Of a DNA stretch of 64,000 nt, positions 43,161-52,097 are shown one piece after another (the stretch's first letter is position 1; every line of letters starts with the position of its first letter). Source of the stretch: an uncultured Oscillospiraceae bacterium (GTDB taxonomy: Bacteria > Bacillota > Clostridia > Oscillospirales > Ruminococcaceae); assembly GCA_934446355.1 (NCBI GenBank), contig CAKSEC010000013.1:2474-66473 (forward strand), given 5' to 3'. The position numbers were made by a program, and so were the translations under genes. The notes under the pieces are model-generated. The model saw only the letters and a program-made list of their open reading frames with translations. It ran no database searches and had not been told where the DNA came from.

Positions 43161-44378
43161 CTATATCGTAACACGGAAAACAACCATCTCATTGCAGCTG
43201 CTAACATCAATTCGTCCGCCATGTGCGGCAGCGGCAGCTTTCGCAATAGAAAGCCCTATCCCTGTTCCGCCGATGTTCGATGAATGGGAACTGTCACCAC
43301 GGTAAAACCGATCGAATACCCTTGATACATCAGGCATTTTGTCCTTGTCGCAGGTGTTTGAAACGGTTATCTCAGCCTTTTTATCATGCCGCCGCAGGCT
43401 TAGTGAAACCGTGCCGCATTCATCAGAGTACTTGAATGCGTTGTCAAGAAGTATGGAGATCATTTGCTGGATAGCCGCCTGCTCTCCCACAAGCATTATG
43501 CCGCTTTCGATATTCTGGACAAATGTTTTGTTTTGAGCCTTCGCAAGGAGTTCAAAAGGCTCTGCGGTCTCCCATATTGCGTCACTGAGCGAAAATTCCG
43601 ATTTTTCAGGAAAAGGGTTTTCCTCATAAAGTCGGGAAAGCGTCACCAGATTTGTTATAAGCTTTGACATTCGGGTAACCTGCGTCTGAATGTTCTGCAC
43701 CCATTCGTCGTTTTCATATTCCATAGCCAGCACGTCCGCACTGGTGGAGATAGAGGTCAGCGGAGTTTTAAGTTCGTGTCCGGCGTTCGTTATAAACTGC
43801 TTCTGTGATTCAGCGTTTCGCATATACGGAAGAATCGCCCGATAGGAAAACAGAAGGACAAGCAGGAACACTACCGCCAGACAGCCTGTCGCAATTATGG
43901 CTGTAATTATCACCAGCGAACTTATCGTTTCAAGCTCACGTTCGGAATTAAGAAAAATTATCAGCGTACCTTCATCCGAATATTGCGCAATATATCGGTA
44001 TCCATTCTGGAATCCATGCTCTTTTTTTCGCTTAAGTACCGTATCCGCAAAGTCGATCGCATCATTCTCCGACACAGACGCAATGAAGTCATGATTGACG
44101 TCCGTCACTTCCCCGCTGCTATCAAATCTGACCGAAAAGAACCTGACCATATATCTCACCTCAGGCGAGAATCTGTCCGGCTTGCCGACCGGCGGCGGTC
44201 CCCCGTGAAAATCATCTTTGCCGTTTTCCTCCGTAAGAAGGCGTTCCAGCATATCGTCCAGTCCCCCTGTGACCGCATGATAATTCCACAGATTCACAAG
44301 GCAGAGCAGAAGAAGCACCACGGAGGATATAGCCGCCATTGCAGCACCGATAAAACGCCAGCGCATCTTCTTCAGCAT
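43161..44378 (-). CDS. sensor histidine kinase
   Basis: Two TM helices, H-box HELKTPLTSI, N-box LLDNAFKYS and G-box GGTGIGLSIA. Confidence 0.85.
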   Translation of the reverse strand: MLKKMRWRFIGAAMAAISSVVLLLLCLVNLWNYHAVTGGLDDMLERLLTEENGKDDFHGGPPPVGKPDRFSPEVRYMVRFFSVRFDSSGEVTDVNHDFIASVSENDAIDFADTVLKRKKEHGFQNGYRYIAQYSDEGTLIIFLNSERELETISSLVIITAIIATGCLAVVFLLVLLFSYRAILPYMRNAESQKQFITNAGHELKTPLTSISTSADVLAMEYENDEWVQNIQTQVTRMSKLITNLVTLSRLYEENPFPEKSEFSLSDAIWETAEPFELLAKAQNKTFVQNIESGIMLVGEQAAIQQMISILLDNAFKYSDECGTVSLSLRRHDKKAEITVSNTCDKDKMPDVSRVFDRFYRGDSSHSSNIGGTGIGLSIAKAAAAAHGGRIDVSSCNEMVVFRVTI

Positions 44379-45049
44379 CTCATTTCCTCCAGTGTGTACC
44401 CTGCCCCGCGTATCGTTGTTATCTCGATATTTGCCGACAATTCCCTGAGTTTACGTCTGAGGAAACCGATATATGTCCAGACGACGTCCGTTTCTGCCGC
44501 TGAGTCCGTTCCCCAGATACGGTCCATCAGGTGTTCTGTCGAGAATATCTGACCGGGGTGACGGATAAACAATTCCATAAGCTGAAATTCCTTATTGTTG
44601 AGCCTTGTTTCGCCACGGTCAGTCACTATCACAAAACGGCTGCAGTCAAGCGTAACATTTCCGTATTTTATCAGAGCGGGAGTATATACGTCGCTTCTGC
44701 GTGTGAGGGCACGTACACGGGCAAGAAACTCGCTTGTGGCAAACGGCTTCGGCAAGTAATCATCTGCTCCTGCGTCAAGTCCCGTCACACGGTCCTCCAC
44801 CTCGGCTTTGGCGGTCAGAAATAATGTCGGTGTGGCTATCCCAAGTTTACGAATTTTCCTCAGAAGCGTGATCCCGTCCATTCTGGGCATCATGATATCC
44901 AGAACAAGAACGTCATAAATCGAACCTGTGATAAATTCAAAAGCTTCCTGTCCGTCATGCACTATGTCTACTGTATATTTTTCCTTTTCAAGTATTATCT
45001 TAAGCGCTTTCGCAATACTGACCTCATCTTCTGCTATCAGAACTCTCAT
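44372..45049 (-). CDS. OmpR-family response regulator
   Basis: MRVLIAEDE, VLDIMMP, and a winged-helix C-terminus (ETDVVWTYIGFLRRKL). Start at ATG 45049 after AGGAGG. Confidence 0.85.
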   Translation of the reverse strand: MRVLIAEDEVSIAKALKIILEKEKYTVDIVHDGQEAFEFITGSIYDVLVLDIMMPRMDGITLLRKIRKLGIATPTLFLTAKAEVEDRVTGLDAGADDYLPKPFATSEFLARVRALTRRSDVYTPALIKYGNVTLDCSRFVIVTDRGETRLNNKEFQLMELFIRHPGQIFSTEHLMDRIWGTDSAAETDVVWTYIGFLRRKLRELSANIEITTIRGAGYTLEEMRC

Positions 45050-45273
45050 CTGCATTCCTCCTGTCTGTTCATATTCTAACACATGATATTGAAATGTATC
45101 TGAAATCGAATATATCTACGCGTTTATTGTACCACATTTTCTGTGCGGTGGGAATGGCTGTTCCGATATTTCAGAAAAAATACACAAATCTTTTCAGGTT
45201 CATTTCGGGATAGGTATGTAAAATCTATGTTAAGCCATTCGAAGATTTACGGCGGCAGAAAGGAGCGGTATGA

Positions 45274-45966
45274 ATGGACCCAACCCCGAATTATCGGCAT
45301 GAACTGAAATACCAGATCAGCAAAGCCGACAGCTATGCGCTTAAACAGCGGCTGAGAAGAGTAATGAAGCACGACCCGCACGCAAGGCAGGACGGGCTGT
45401 ATGTGATACGCAGCGTGTACTTTGACAATTTCCGTGACAAGGCACTGCGTGAAAAAATCAACGGTATTCAGCGCCGTGAAAAGTTCCGCATTCGCTACTA
45501 CAACGACGACCTGTCATTCATCACGCTTGAGAAAAAAATCAAGCACAACGACCTTTGCATGAAAATCGACGCACAGATCACATATGAGGAATACAGAAAG
45601 ATCCTTCTTGAACCGGGCGGCTGGATGCTGAGCCACAAAGATCCGCTTATACGTGAACTGTACTGCAAAATGAAAACGCAGCAGCTAAAGCCCCGTGTTC
45701 TTGTGTCATACGTGCGTGAGCCGCTCGTATATCCTGCCGGAAACGTCCGTGTGACCTTCGATTCGCAGATCAGAACAAGTCTGTTCGACACCTCTTTCGC
45801 CGACGGCTTCCGTGGGGATATTAGTGCAACTGATACTCCGGACACAACGATTCTTGAGGTCAAATATGATTCGTTCCTGCCGGATATCATCAGAGATCTT
45901 CTGCAATCTGAGGAATTAAGACAGCAGGCATTTTCAAAATACGGCGTATGCCGCCGCTTCGGGTAA
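45274..45966 (+). CDS. VTC-domain (triphosphate-tunnel, polyphosphate-polymerase-like) protein
   Basis: RHELKY at the N-terminus and alternating charged strands (FRIRYY, ITLEKKIK, TILEVKYD) typical of tunnel-fold enzymes. The family name is recalled and was not searched. Confidence 0.7.
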   Translation: MDPTPNYRHELKYQISKADSYALKQRLRRVMKHDPHARQDGLYVIRSVYFDNFRDKALREKINGIQRREKFRIRYYNDDLSFITLEKKIKHNDLCMKIDAQITYEEYRKILLEPGGWMLSHKDPLIRELYCKMKTQQLKPRVLVSYVREPLVYPAGNVRVTFDSQIRTSLFDTSFADGFRGDISATDTPDTTILEVKYDSFLPDIIRDLLQSEELRQQAFSKYGVCRRFG

Positions 45967-45994
45967 TAAATATCTATAATTAAGGAGTAAAACA

Positions 45995-46666
45995 ATGAGT
46001 TTCAACGACATTTTCAAATCCAGCTTTCTGGAGAACGTTTCGGAGTTTTCGATACTCGACACACTTATCGGTCTTGCCTTTGCGCTTGCAATAGGTCTGT
46101 TCATCTTCATCATCTATAAGAAAACGCTGACCGGAGTGACGTATTCAAGCGGATTCGCACTGACGCTTATCGGGCTGTCCCTCGTCACGACTTTGGTCAT
46201 TATGGCGGTAACCTCAAACGTTGTGCTTTCGCTCGGCATGGTAGGTGCGCTGTCAATTGTCCGCTTCCGTACTGCAATAAAAGAACCAGTGGAGATAGTG
46301 TTCCTGTTCTGGTCGCTGGCGGTAGGTATAGTTATCGGCGCAGGTATGATCCCGCTCGCCGTTATAGGTTCGGCAATTATCGGCGTAATACTTCTGATTT
46401 TCGCTAACCGCAAAATACACAACAACCCCTATATCCTCGTGGTGAACCTCGCTGACGAAAAAGCCGAAACCGCTGTATTCGATATTCTCGGAAAAAACAC
46501 CGAGCACTTTATCGTAAAATCAAAAACCGTAAACGCAGGCGGTATAGAGCTTACGACAGAGCTTCGCACAAAGAATGCGACCGTTTCTTTCGTAAACCTT
46601 ATCTCTCAGCTTCCCGGCGTGGTAAATGCGACGCTCGTCAGCTATAACGGCGAATATATGTCATAA
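45995..46666 (+). CDS. DUF4956-type membrane protein
   Basis: A 223-aa ORF with 4 predicted TM helices plus a soluble tail of about 85 aa, in the conserved position between the VTC and CotH genes. Confidence 0.65.
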   Translation: MSFNDIFKSSFLENVSEFSILDTLIGLAFALAIGLFIFIIYKKTLTGVTYSSGFALTLIGLSLVTTLVIMAVTSNVVLSLGMVGALSIVRFRTAIKEPVEIVFLFWSLAVGIVIGAGMIPLAVIGSAIIGVILLIFANRKIHNNPYILVVNLADEKAETAVFDILGKNTEHFIVKSKTVNAGGIELTTELRTKNATVSFVNLISQLPGVVNATLVSYNGEYMS

Positions 46667-46681
46667 GCGGAGGAGGAAAGC

Positions 46682-48718
46682 ATGGTCGCACATAAGCACA
46701 TTTCAAAGATCATCGCTGTGGTCATGGCGGCCGCCGTCTGCCTGTGCCTCTGCGCTGTCGCCTTTTCAGAACAGATCATATCTGCGGTCGGAACCAGCGG
46801 CATTTCAATGGAGTATGAAACCAAGCTGTTTGACACAAGCAGCATAATGACCGTCAATATTCTGATGGACAGTGACGACTGGAACGATATGCTCGAAAAC
46901 GCCACGGCTGAGGAATACTACCAATGCGACGTTGAGGTAAACGGCACGACCTTTTACCGGGTGGGTATCCGTCCAAAGGGGAACACCAGTCTGTCCTCCA
47001 TCGCCAGCGATCCCACGACGGACCGTTACAGCTTCAAGCTGGAATTTGACCACTATGTGGACGGACAGACCTGCTTCGGTCTGGATAAGCTGATACTGAA
47101 CAACAACTACGCCGACGCCACCAGCATGAAAGAAGCGCTCATCTACGATATGTATAAGTATCTCGGTGCGGACGCTTCCCTTTACAACTATGCAAAGATA
47201 TCGCTAAACGGCGAGTACTGGGGCGTTTACCTTGCGCTTGAAGCGGTCGAGGACAGCTTCCTGCTGCGCAATTACGGCGCACAGAACGGGAATCTCTATA
47301 AGCCGGACAGCATGAATATGGGCGGCGGAAAGGATAACGGCGGCTTCAATGGCATGGATTTTGGCGGAATGGACTTCGGAAACATGACCCCGCCGGACTT
47401 TCAGGATAATTCCGACCTGACAGATTTCAAGGGTCAGATGCCGGATATGTCAGATTTGTCCCAGAGCACTGATACGGATAGTTCGCCGGAGGAATCTGCC
47501 GACTTCGGAGAACGTCCCACGATGGATTTTGATTCTGCAGGCGATAAAGGCGGCTTCTCAATGGGCGGGGGCGGCGCAAACCTGAACTACACAGATGATG
47601 AACTGGACAGCTATGAAACCATCTGGGACGGCGAAGTCACTTCAACCGGAAAAGCCGACCACAAGCGTGTCGTCACAGCGCTCAAAAACATATCCGAGGG
47701 CAATGACCTCGACAGCTACATGGACATCGACAACCTGCTGCGCTACATGGCAGTGCATATATTCTCTGTCAACGAGGACAGCTTATCCGGCTCGATGGCG
47801 CACAACTATTACCTCTATGAAGCGGGAGGAAAGCTGAATCTCATTCCGTGGGACTATAACCTCGCTCTCGGCGGAATGGGCGGCGGAAACGACGCCACAA
47901 GCGTTGTGAACGACGCAATAGACAACGCATTCTCCAGCACAGAATTTTTCGATACTTTGATGGAGGACGAAGCATACCACAGTCAGTATTATGAGTACCT
48001 GCAGCAGCTTATAAGCGAATACATAGACGGCGGAGGCTTTGACGCTTTCTATGAGCGGGTGCGCAGCCAGATAGACGAACTGGTGGAAACCGACCCCACT
48101 GCGTTCTACTCATATGACGAATACCAGACTGCAGCCGATACCCTCTATCAAGTGGTAAAGCTGCGCGGCGAGTCTATTCAGGGTCAGCTTGACGGAACGA
48201 TACCGTCTACTGAGTCAGAGCAAAGCAACAGCAGCGCACTTATCGACGCTTCCTCGCTAAATCTGAGCGTTATGGGCAGCATGAATAACGGCGGCGGCAG
48301 ATTTGATTTCAATGAGCAGCCTGCTTCTGAGAATACGGCTAACGAGTCAGACGCAGAACAGAGCGATTCGGAAACGTCAACTGTCCCGGATACGTCCGCT
48401 GGAGGAAACGGCGGGCAGCCTTCTGATTTTGCCCCAACGCAATTCGGCGGTGAAACGCCTGATGGGTTTGACCCGTCAAAGTTCGGCGGAGGAGGTCAAA
48501 GACCTTCCAATGATACGCAGACAAATGAGGATTCGCAAAACGGCGGGAACGGCGATTTTGGCAGCCGTCCCTCAATGGACGATTTTCCGAACGGCATTTC
48601 CGGCAGTACGTCAACAGCAATGTCCTCAGAGAATCTGGTGATGTATGGGGTATCTTTGGCGGTTATAATCGCCGCAATACTTTTTGCGGTACTATATCGC
48701 AGGAAGCCAAGGAAGTGA
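46682..48718 (+). CDS. CotH kinase family protein with N-terminal signal/anchor and C-terminal TM anchor
   Basis: A 678-aa ORF with FKLEFDH..., LILNNNYADATSMKE and NYYLYE...IPWDYNLA blocks. It has Gly/Asp-rich inserts and a C-terminal VMYGVSLAVIIAAILFAVLYRRKPRK. Confidence 0.75.
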   Translation: MVAHKHISKIIAVVMAAAVCLCLCAVAFSEQIISAVGTSGISMEYETKLFDTSSIMTVNILMDSDDWNDMLENATAEEYYQCDVEVNGTTFYRVGIRPKGNTSLSSIASDPTTDRYSFKLEFDHYVDGQTCFGLDKLILNNNYADATSMKEALIYDMYKYLGADASLYNYAKISLNGEYWGVYLALEAVEDSFLLRNYGAQNGNLYKPDSMNMGGGKDNGGFNGMDFGGMDFGNMTPPDFQDNSDLTDFKGQMPDMSDLSQSTDTDSSPEESADFGERPTMDFDSAGDKGGFSMGGGGANLNYTDDELDSYETIWDGEVTSTGKADHKRVVTALKNISEGNDLDSYMDIDNLLRYMAVHIFSVNEDSLSGSMAHNYYLYEAGGKLNLIPWDYNLALGGMGGGNDATSVVNDAIDNAFSSTEFFDTLMEDEAYHSQYYEYLQQLISEYIDGGGFDAFYERVRSQIDELVETDPTAFYSYDEYQTAADTLYQVVKLRGESIQGQLDGTIPSTESEQSNSSALIDASSLNLSVMGSMNNGGGRFDFNEQPASENTANESDAEQSDSETSTVPDTSAGGNGGQPSDFAPTQFGGETPDGFDPSKFGGGGQRPSNDTQTNEDSQNGGNGDFGSRPSMDDFPNGISGSTSTAMSSENLVMYGVSLAVIIAAILFAVLYRRKPRK

Positions 48719-48757
48719 TGTTTCTTTGAACTTCCGGCTCACTGACGGTCAGAACTC

Positions 48758-48786
48758 TTGACAGTTCCTGTTTTTTATGTTAATAT
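48758..48786 (+). promoter_or_regulatory. sigma-A type promoter
   Basis: TTGACA (48758-48763), 17-nt spacer, TAATAT (48781-48786). Confidence 0.45.
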
Positions 48787-48895
48787 GAAAGTGATGATAC
48801 ATATTGTAACATGAGTTATCTTGTGTGTCATTACTTTTTTCATTTATTGAGTTTATTCTATAGATCTATAGGACAGGAAAGAGAACGGAGGGTAT

Positions 48896-50248
48896 ATGGG
48901 CAGATTTTCAATGAACGTAAACGTAAAATGTGCGGATCTCGCCAGCAAATTCACCGAAATCATGAAAAAGAACGGCTATGAGATATGCACTGAGGACAAT
49001 GCTTCTATGTCGTACCTGATAGCGCAGGGCAAAGATTGGGCTACGCTTGCGGGAAAGGGTTACAATTCGGACGCCCAAAAGACGCAAGACGATTCAGAGC
49101 TTATTGCAAAGGAACTGAAAACCCCCGCATTTATGGTCGAGGTGGTGGACAGCGATTGGGCGATTATAGAGCTGAACGGCTCAAAGGTGATAGTCGGCGA
49201 CGGTTCGGGCTATGGAATAGAGGACAAGCCCGCTCCCGACAAAGCGGTCTGGGAGCCGCTGCTCACTAATGGTACGTTTGAGCAGCTGACTGAGATCTGG
49301 CAAACGGACGAGGTCTTTGTCGAGGACATACTCGCTAAGTCTGCGCCGCTGTTTGGTATAGACCCGCAGCTTATTACGGCGGACTACCGTGATATTTCAG
49401 AGATGACGGACGGCGGGAACATCTCCGCGCTTTATTTCAAGAAAATAGGCGCAGGCAAAATGATGACTCTGAATGCGGCGTTTAAGAAGGTGTTCGGTGA
49501 AGCCCTTGTACCGCTTGGCTTTAAGCTGATAAAAGGCAGATATCCTTATTTCGTGCGGGTCGTACCGGGCGGGGAGATAGTTCACGTTATTACATTATTA
49601 AACGACAGCACAAATGAAAGAGGAAAGAAATGCTTCAAGATTTTTGGCGGAATCGCTACCGTATATCGTGATGAAATTGATTTAAGCAAAAGTCCGTGGA
49701 CTGAGAATGTGAACTGGATGCGAAGCAGTGCTAACATACAAAACACGGCCGATATAACATATGATTTTGCATATGAGGGCGGATTTCGGGAGTTTTTGTT
49801 TGAAGCCGACAACGAAAGCGAAATGCTTTACGAGCTGGAACATTCGCTCGATGTAACACGTAAGATCTTGCTGCAAGTTATTTCAAAAGCGGTCGATATT
49901 GACTCAGCTATCGAGTGTTTTTATCAATTAGGTATGCCGTTAATCCTTGATGAAAGGTTTGAGGGACTGTTAGTCCTTAAAGCTAAAAATTACTCCGACA
50001 TAATCAAAAAAGATATTAAAAAGCACAATGATAAATATAAACAAAAAATGGAACAGGGAGTAACCGGATACACGTCTGAAGAATACGAAAAGGGGATCCA
50101 AAGAGCCAATGGGGTTCTTCAGCGTGAGGTATCAAAGGTCGAGAATATTCTCAATGATCCGGAATTGCTGGCGAAATATACGGCGGAACTTGAAAGGCGC
50201 AAGGCGATCAATACTGAGAAGTTTAGATCATATGGTTTGGATATGTGA
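48896..50248 (+). CDS. hypothetical 450-aa protein in an AT-rich patch
   Basis: A long ORF with no family recognised, no signal peptide, and a Lys/Glu-rich helical C-terminus. Confidence 0.6.
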   Translation: MGRFSMNVNVKCADLASKFTEIMKKNGYEICTEDNASMSYLIAQGKDWATLAGKGYNSDAQKTQDDSELIAKELKTPAFMVEVVDSDWAIIELNGSKVIVGDGSGYGIEDKPAPDKAVWEPLLTNGTFEQLTEIWQTDEVFVEDILAKSAPLFGIDPQLITADYRDISEMTDGGNISALYFKKIGAGKMMTLNAAFKKVFGEALVPLGFKLIKGRYPYFVRVVPGGEIVHVITLLNDSTNERGKKCFKIFGGIATVYRDEIDLSKSPWTENVNWMRSSANIQNTADITYDFAYEGGFREFLFEADNESEMLYELEHSLDVTRKILLQVISKAVDIDSAIECFYQLGMPLILDERFEGLLVLKAKNYSDIIKKDIKKHNDKYKQKMEQGVTGYTSEEYEKGIQRANGVLQREVSKVENILNDPELLAKYTAELERRKAINTEKFRSYGLDM

Positions 50249-50306
50249 GGCGTCGATAAGATTTTGTAACAAAAGTGGAGTAAGTCATTAACTGCGCTGT
50301 AATGTT

Positions 50307-50349
50307 CCACTATTGTAACACTATTGCGCCCTTTTTGTTACAATAGTGG
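50307..50349. other. 14-bp perfect inverted repeat carrying the TTGTAACA motif
   Basis: CCACTATTGTAACA-N15-TGTTACAATAGTGG with no T-run. TTGTAACA also occurs at 50264 and 48804. Confidence 0.6.
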
Positions 50350-50464
50350 ACGCCTGACCAAAATCTGTGATAATACCGGTCTTATTTCAAAGCAAACTGC
50401 AATTTCTGAATACCTATCGGAAAGAAAAAGACTGTTAATGAATTTCACTAAAATCATACTTCAG

Positions 50465-50498
50465 CGGCATGAACAAGATATCATGCCGTCGTTTTTTT
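50465..50498 (+). terminator. orphan rho-independent terminator with no long ORF upstream
   Basis: CGGCATGA-ACAAGATA-TCATGCCG followed by TCGTTTTTTT. Confidence 0.6.
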
Positions 50499-50523
50499 GA
50501 AAATCACCCGCAAAAATCAGATT

Positions 50524-50674
50524 GTTGCAAAATGCAACCTGACGTCACAGGCAGGAAAAAATGTTGCAAAAACACGAATTACATGCCGCATAACTAAGCC
50601 GAAAATCGACCCTAACGCAACTTTGTTGCAATTTGCAACAGCATTTCTAAACCCGAAGTTGCACTGCGTGCAAC
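50524..50674. repeat. array of GTTGCA-based palindromes
   Basis: GTTGCA-AAA-TGCAAC (50524-50538), GTTGCAA (50563-50569), TGTTGCAA-T-TTGCAACA (50624-50640), GTTGCAC-TGC-GTGCAAC (50658-50674). Confidence 0.8.
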
Positions 50675-50922
50675 ACTAACAAACCGCTTGGTTAAGCGGA
50701 ATCTCGCTGCTTACCTTACCTGACAGTTCGGGGTGCAGCTCAAAAAATGCAAGAGCATAAGGGGCGGTGACGTCACGGGCTAAAATCCCGTGACGGTCAG
50801 CATAGCTGACGCCGCCTGCCCTGCTTCGCAGGAACTATTTTTGGTCGGCATCGGGAATGCCGACGGGGTGTGAAACAGGTCAATTCAGACCTCAATTCAT
50901 CTTATGAAAGGACAATAATACT

Positions 50923-51207
50923 ATGTCAATTACAGAAATCAAAATCAGAAAGACTTACAATGAGGGCAGACTGAAAGCAATAGTTTCGCTTGTACTAAGC
51001 GATTGCATTGCCATTCATGAAATCAAGGTAATTCAGGGCGGCGACAGGCTGTTTGTGGCTATGCCATGCCACAGGGAATCAGACGGGAGTTATCGGGACA
51101 TTATTCACCCGATAGGTCAATCGGCACGCAGGGTGCTTGAGGACGCAGTTATTAACGCCTATCGAACCTGCGTTTCCGGTCAGGAGATATCCGAAGCTGA
51201 AACGTAA
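50923..51207 (+). CDS. spoVG: SpoVG family protein (accessory paralog)
   Basis: MSITEIKIRKTYNEGRLKAIVSLVL...LFVAMP...RDIIHPI aligns along its full length with canonical SpoVG. Confidence 0.85.
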   Translation: MSITEIKIRKTYNEGRLKAIVSLVLSDCIAIHEIKVIQGGDRLFVAMPCHRESDGSYRDIIHPIGQSARRVLEDAVINAYRTCVSGQEISEAET

Positions 51208-51566
51208 GTGCGTTCGGCTGAACGGATTTCAGCATATATTTCTTGTGCATTTTGCTGAATTTTTATCAGAATACTTAATGCCGAAGCCGTATTTCTCTTT
51301 AATATCGAAATTTTCACCGCACCAAAAATCCCATATATGAGCAAAATGTATGTCTTGTGCATTATGGCAAATGCTAAAAAGGTCAATACGCTTAACAAGG
51401 AGAAAGCGGTTGACTATAGCAGATAAATGTGATATACTATTACCAGAAGAAACACTTAGTTTTGACATCATTTTGTTTGGCACTACCAGCTTGACATAAT
51501 TCCATTACAGATATACCGGATCGCTGTATATTCCGCTCAGGCGAATATATGTAATGTGTTCTGATT

Positions 51567-51620
51567 AATCCGCTGTTATCCTGATGCAATTATTGCGTTC
51601 AGATGGCAGCGGATTTTTTG
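51567..51620 (+). terminator. long imperfect hairpin plus T-run
   Basis: AATCCGCTG ... CAGCGGATT followed by TTTTTG. No annotated ORF lies upstream on this strand. Confidence 0.4.
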
Positions 51621-51701
51621 TCGTTTGTACCGAATATTATATTTCCAGAATAAAGCACATTTTCCCGCACAAAATATCAGAAAAGAAAGGAGTGGGCCGG
51701 C

Positions 51702-51998
51702 ATGAGGCTTGATATCCACGAGGAAAACAAGATGGCAATAATCTGGGCGGCTTCTGATGAAAACACAGACGTTCTGCCGCCGGAAATAGCTTCACAGCTT
51801 GAAACGCTGAGATCCAAGCACAAGAAATTCCGTGTAATTATCATGCACTCAGGAAGCGACGAGTTGTTCGAGCCTATGCTGACTTTGCTTCTCAGAAACC
51901 GCATGAAAAAAGCCCTGAATGAGGTCAGGGGAGAAAAAAACAGCAGCCCAAGTCCCCTGCCTCACCAGACGGGCTGTCAGGAAACAGTCGGATTCTAA
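51702..51998 (+). CDS. hypothetical 98-aa protein (alternative start MAIIWAA at 51732)
   Basis: AAAGGAG RBS upstream and a terminator directly downstream. No family recognised. Confidence 0.5.
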   Translation: MRLDIHEENKMAIIWAASDENTDVLPPEIASQLETLRSKHKKFRVIIMHSGSDELFEPMLTLLLRNRMKKALNEVRGEKNSSPSPLPHQTGCQETVGF

Positions 51999-52033
51999 GC
52001 CGCCCATTGCAGTCAATGCTTCGGGCGGTTTTC
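51999..52033 (+). terminator. rho-independent terminator
   Basis: GCCGCCC-N17-GGGCGGT followed by TTTT. Confidence 0.45.
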
Positions 52034-52097
52034 TGCTGTCAAGTTTTTCGGGTTGGTGTCATCGGGGGCAAGTCCCGCAAGTATCGCTTCATAGTAG

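Noticed and set aside
45090-45173. TGAAAT repeats as response-regulator binding sites, considered as a standalone feature.
   Set aside because: A 6-mer is expected many times by chance in 64 kb, and only the 11-bp phasing is suggestive. It is mentioned within the VTC/CotH finding but not annotated.
50524-50674. Possibility that the palindrome array is a small CRISPR array.
   Set aside because: The units are 15-17 bp with irregular spacing and are not identical to each other. There is no leader and no cas gene, and nothing resembles a 24-40 bp repeat/spacer periodicity anywhere in the window.
50497-50679. A 60-aa ORF covering the GTTGCA palindrome array.
   Set aside because: It is composed largely of the palindromes themselves, and it starts inside a terminator T-tract without an RBS. 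The DNA-level symmetry explains the open frame.
51229-51483. An 84-aa minus-strand ORF (and overlapping 72-aa ORF 51180..51398) convergent with the spoVG paralog.
   Set aside because: There is no RBS and no recognisable motif, the DNA is AT-rich where random ORFs are common, and the ORFs overlap each other. It may be a gene fragment, but I cannot support a call.
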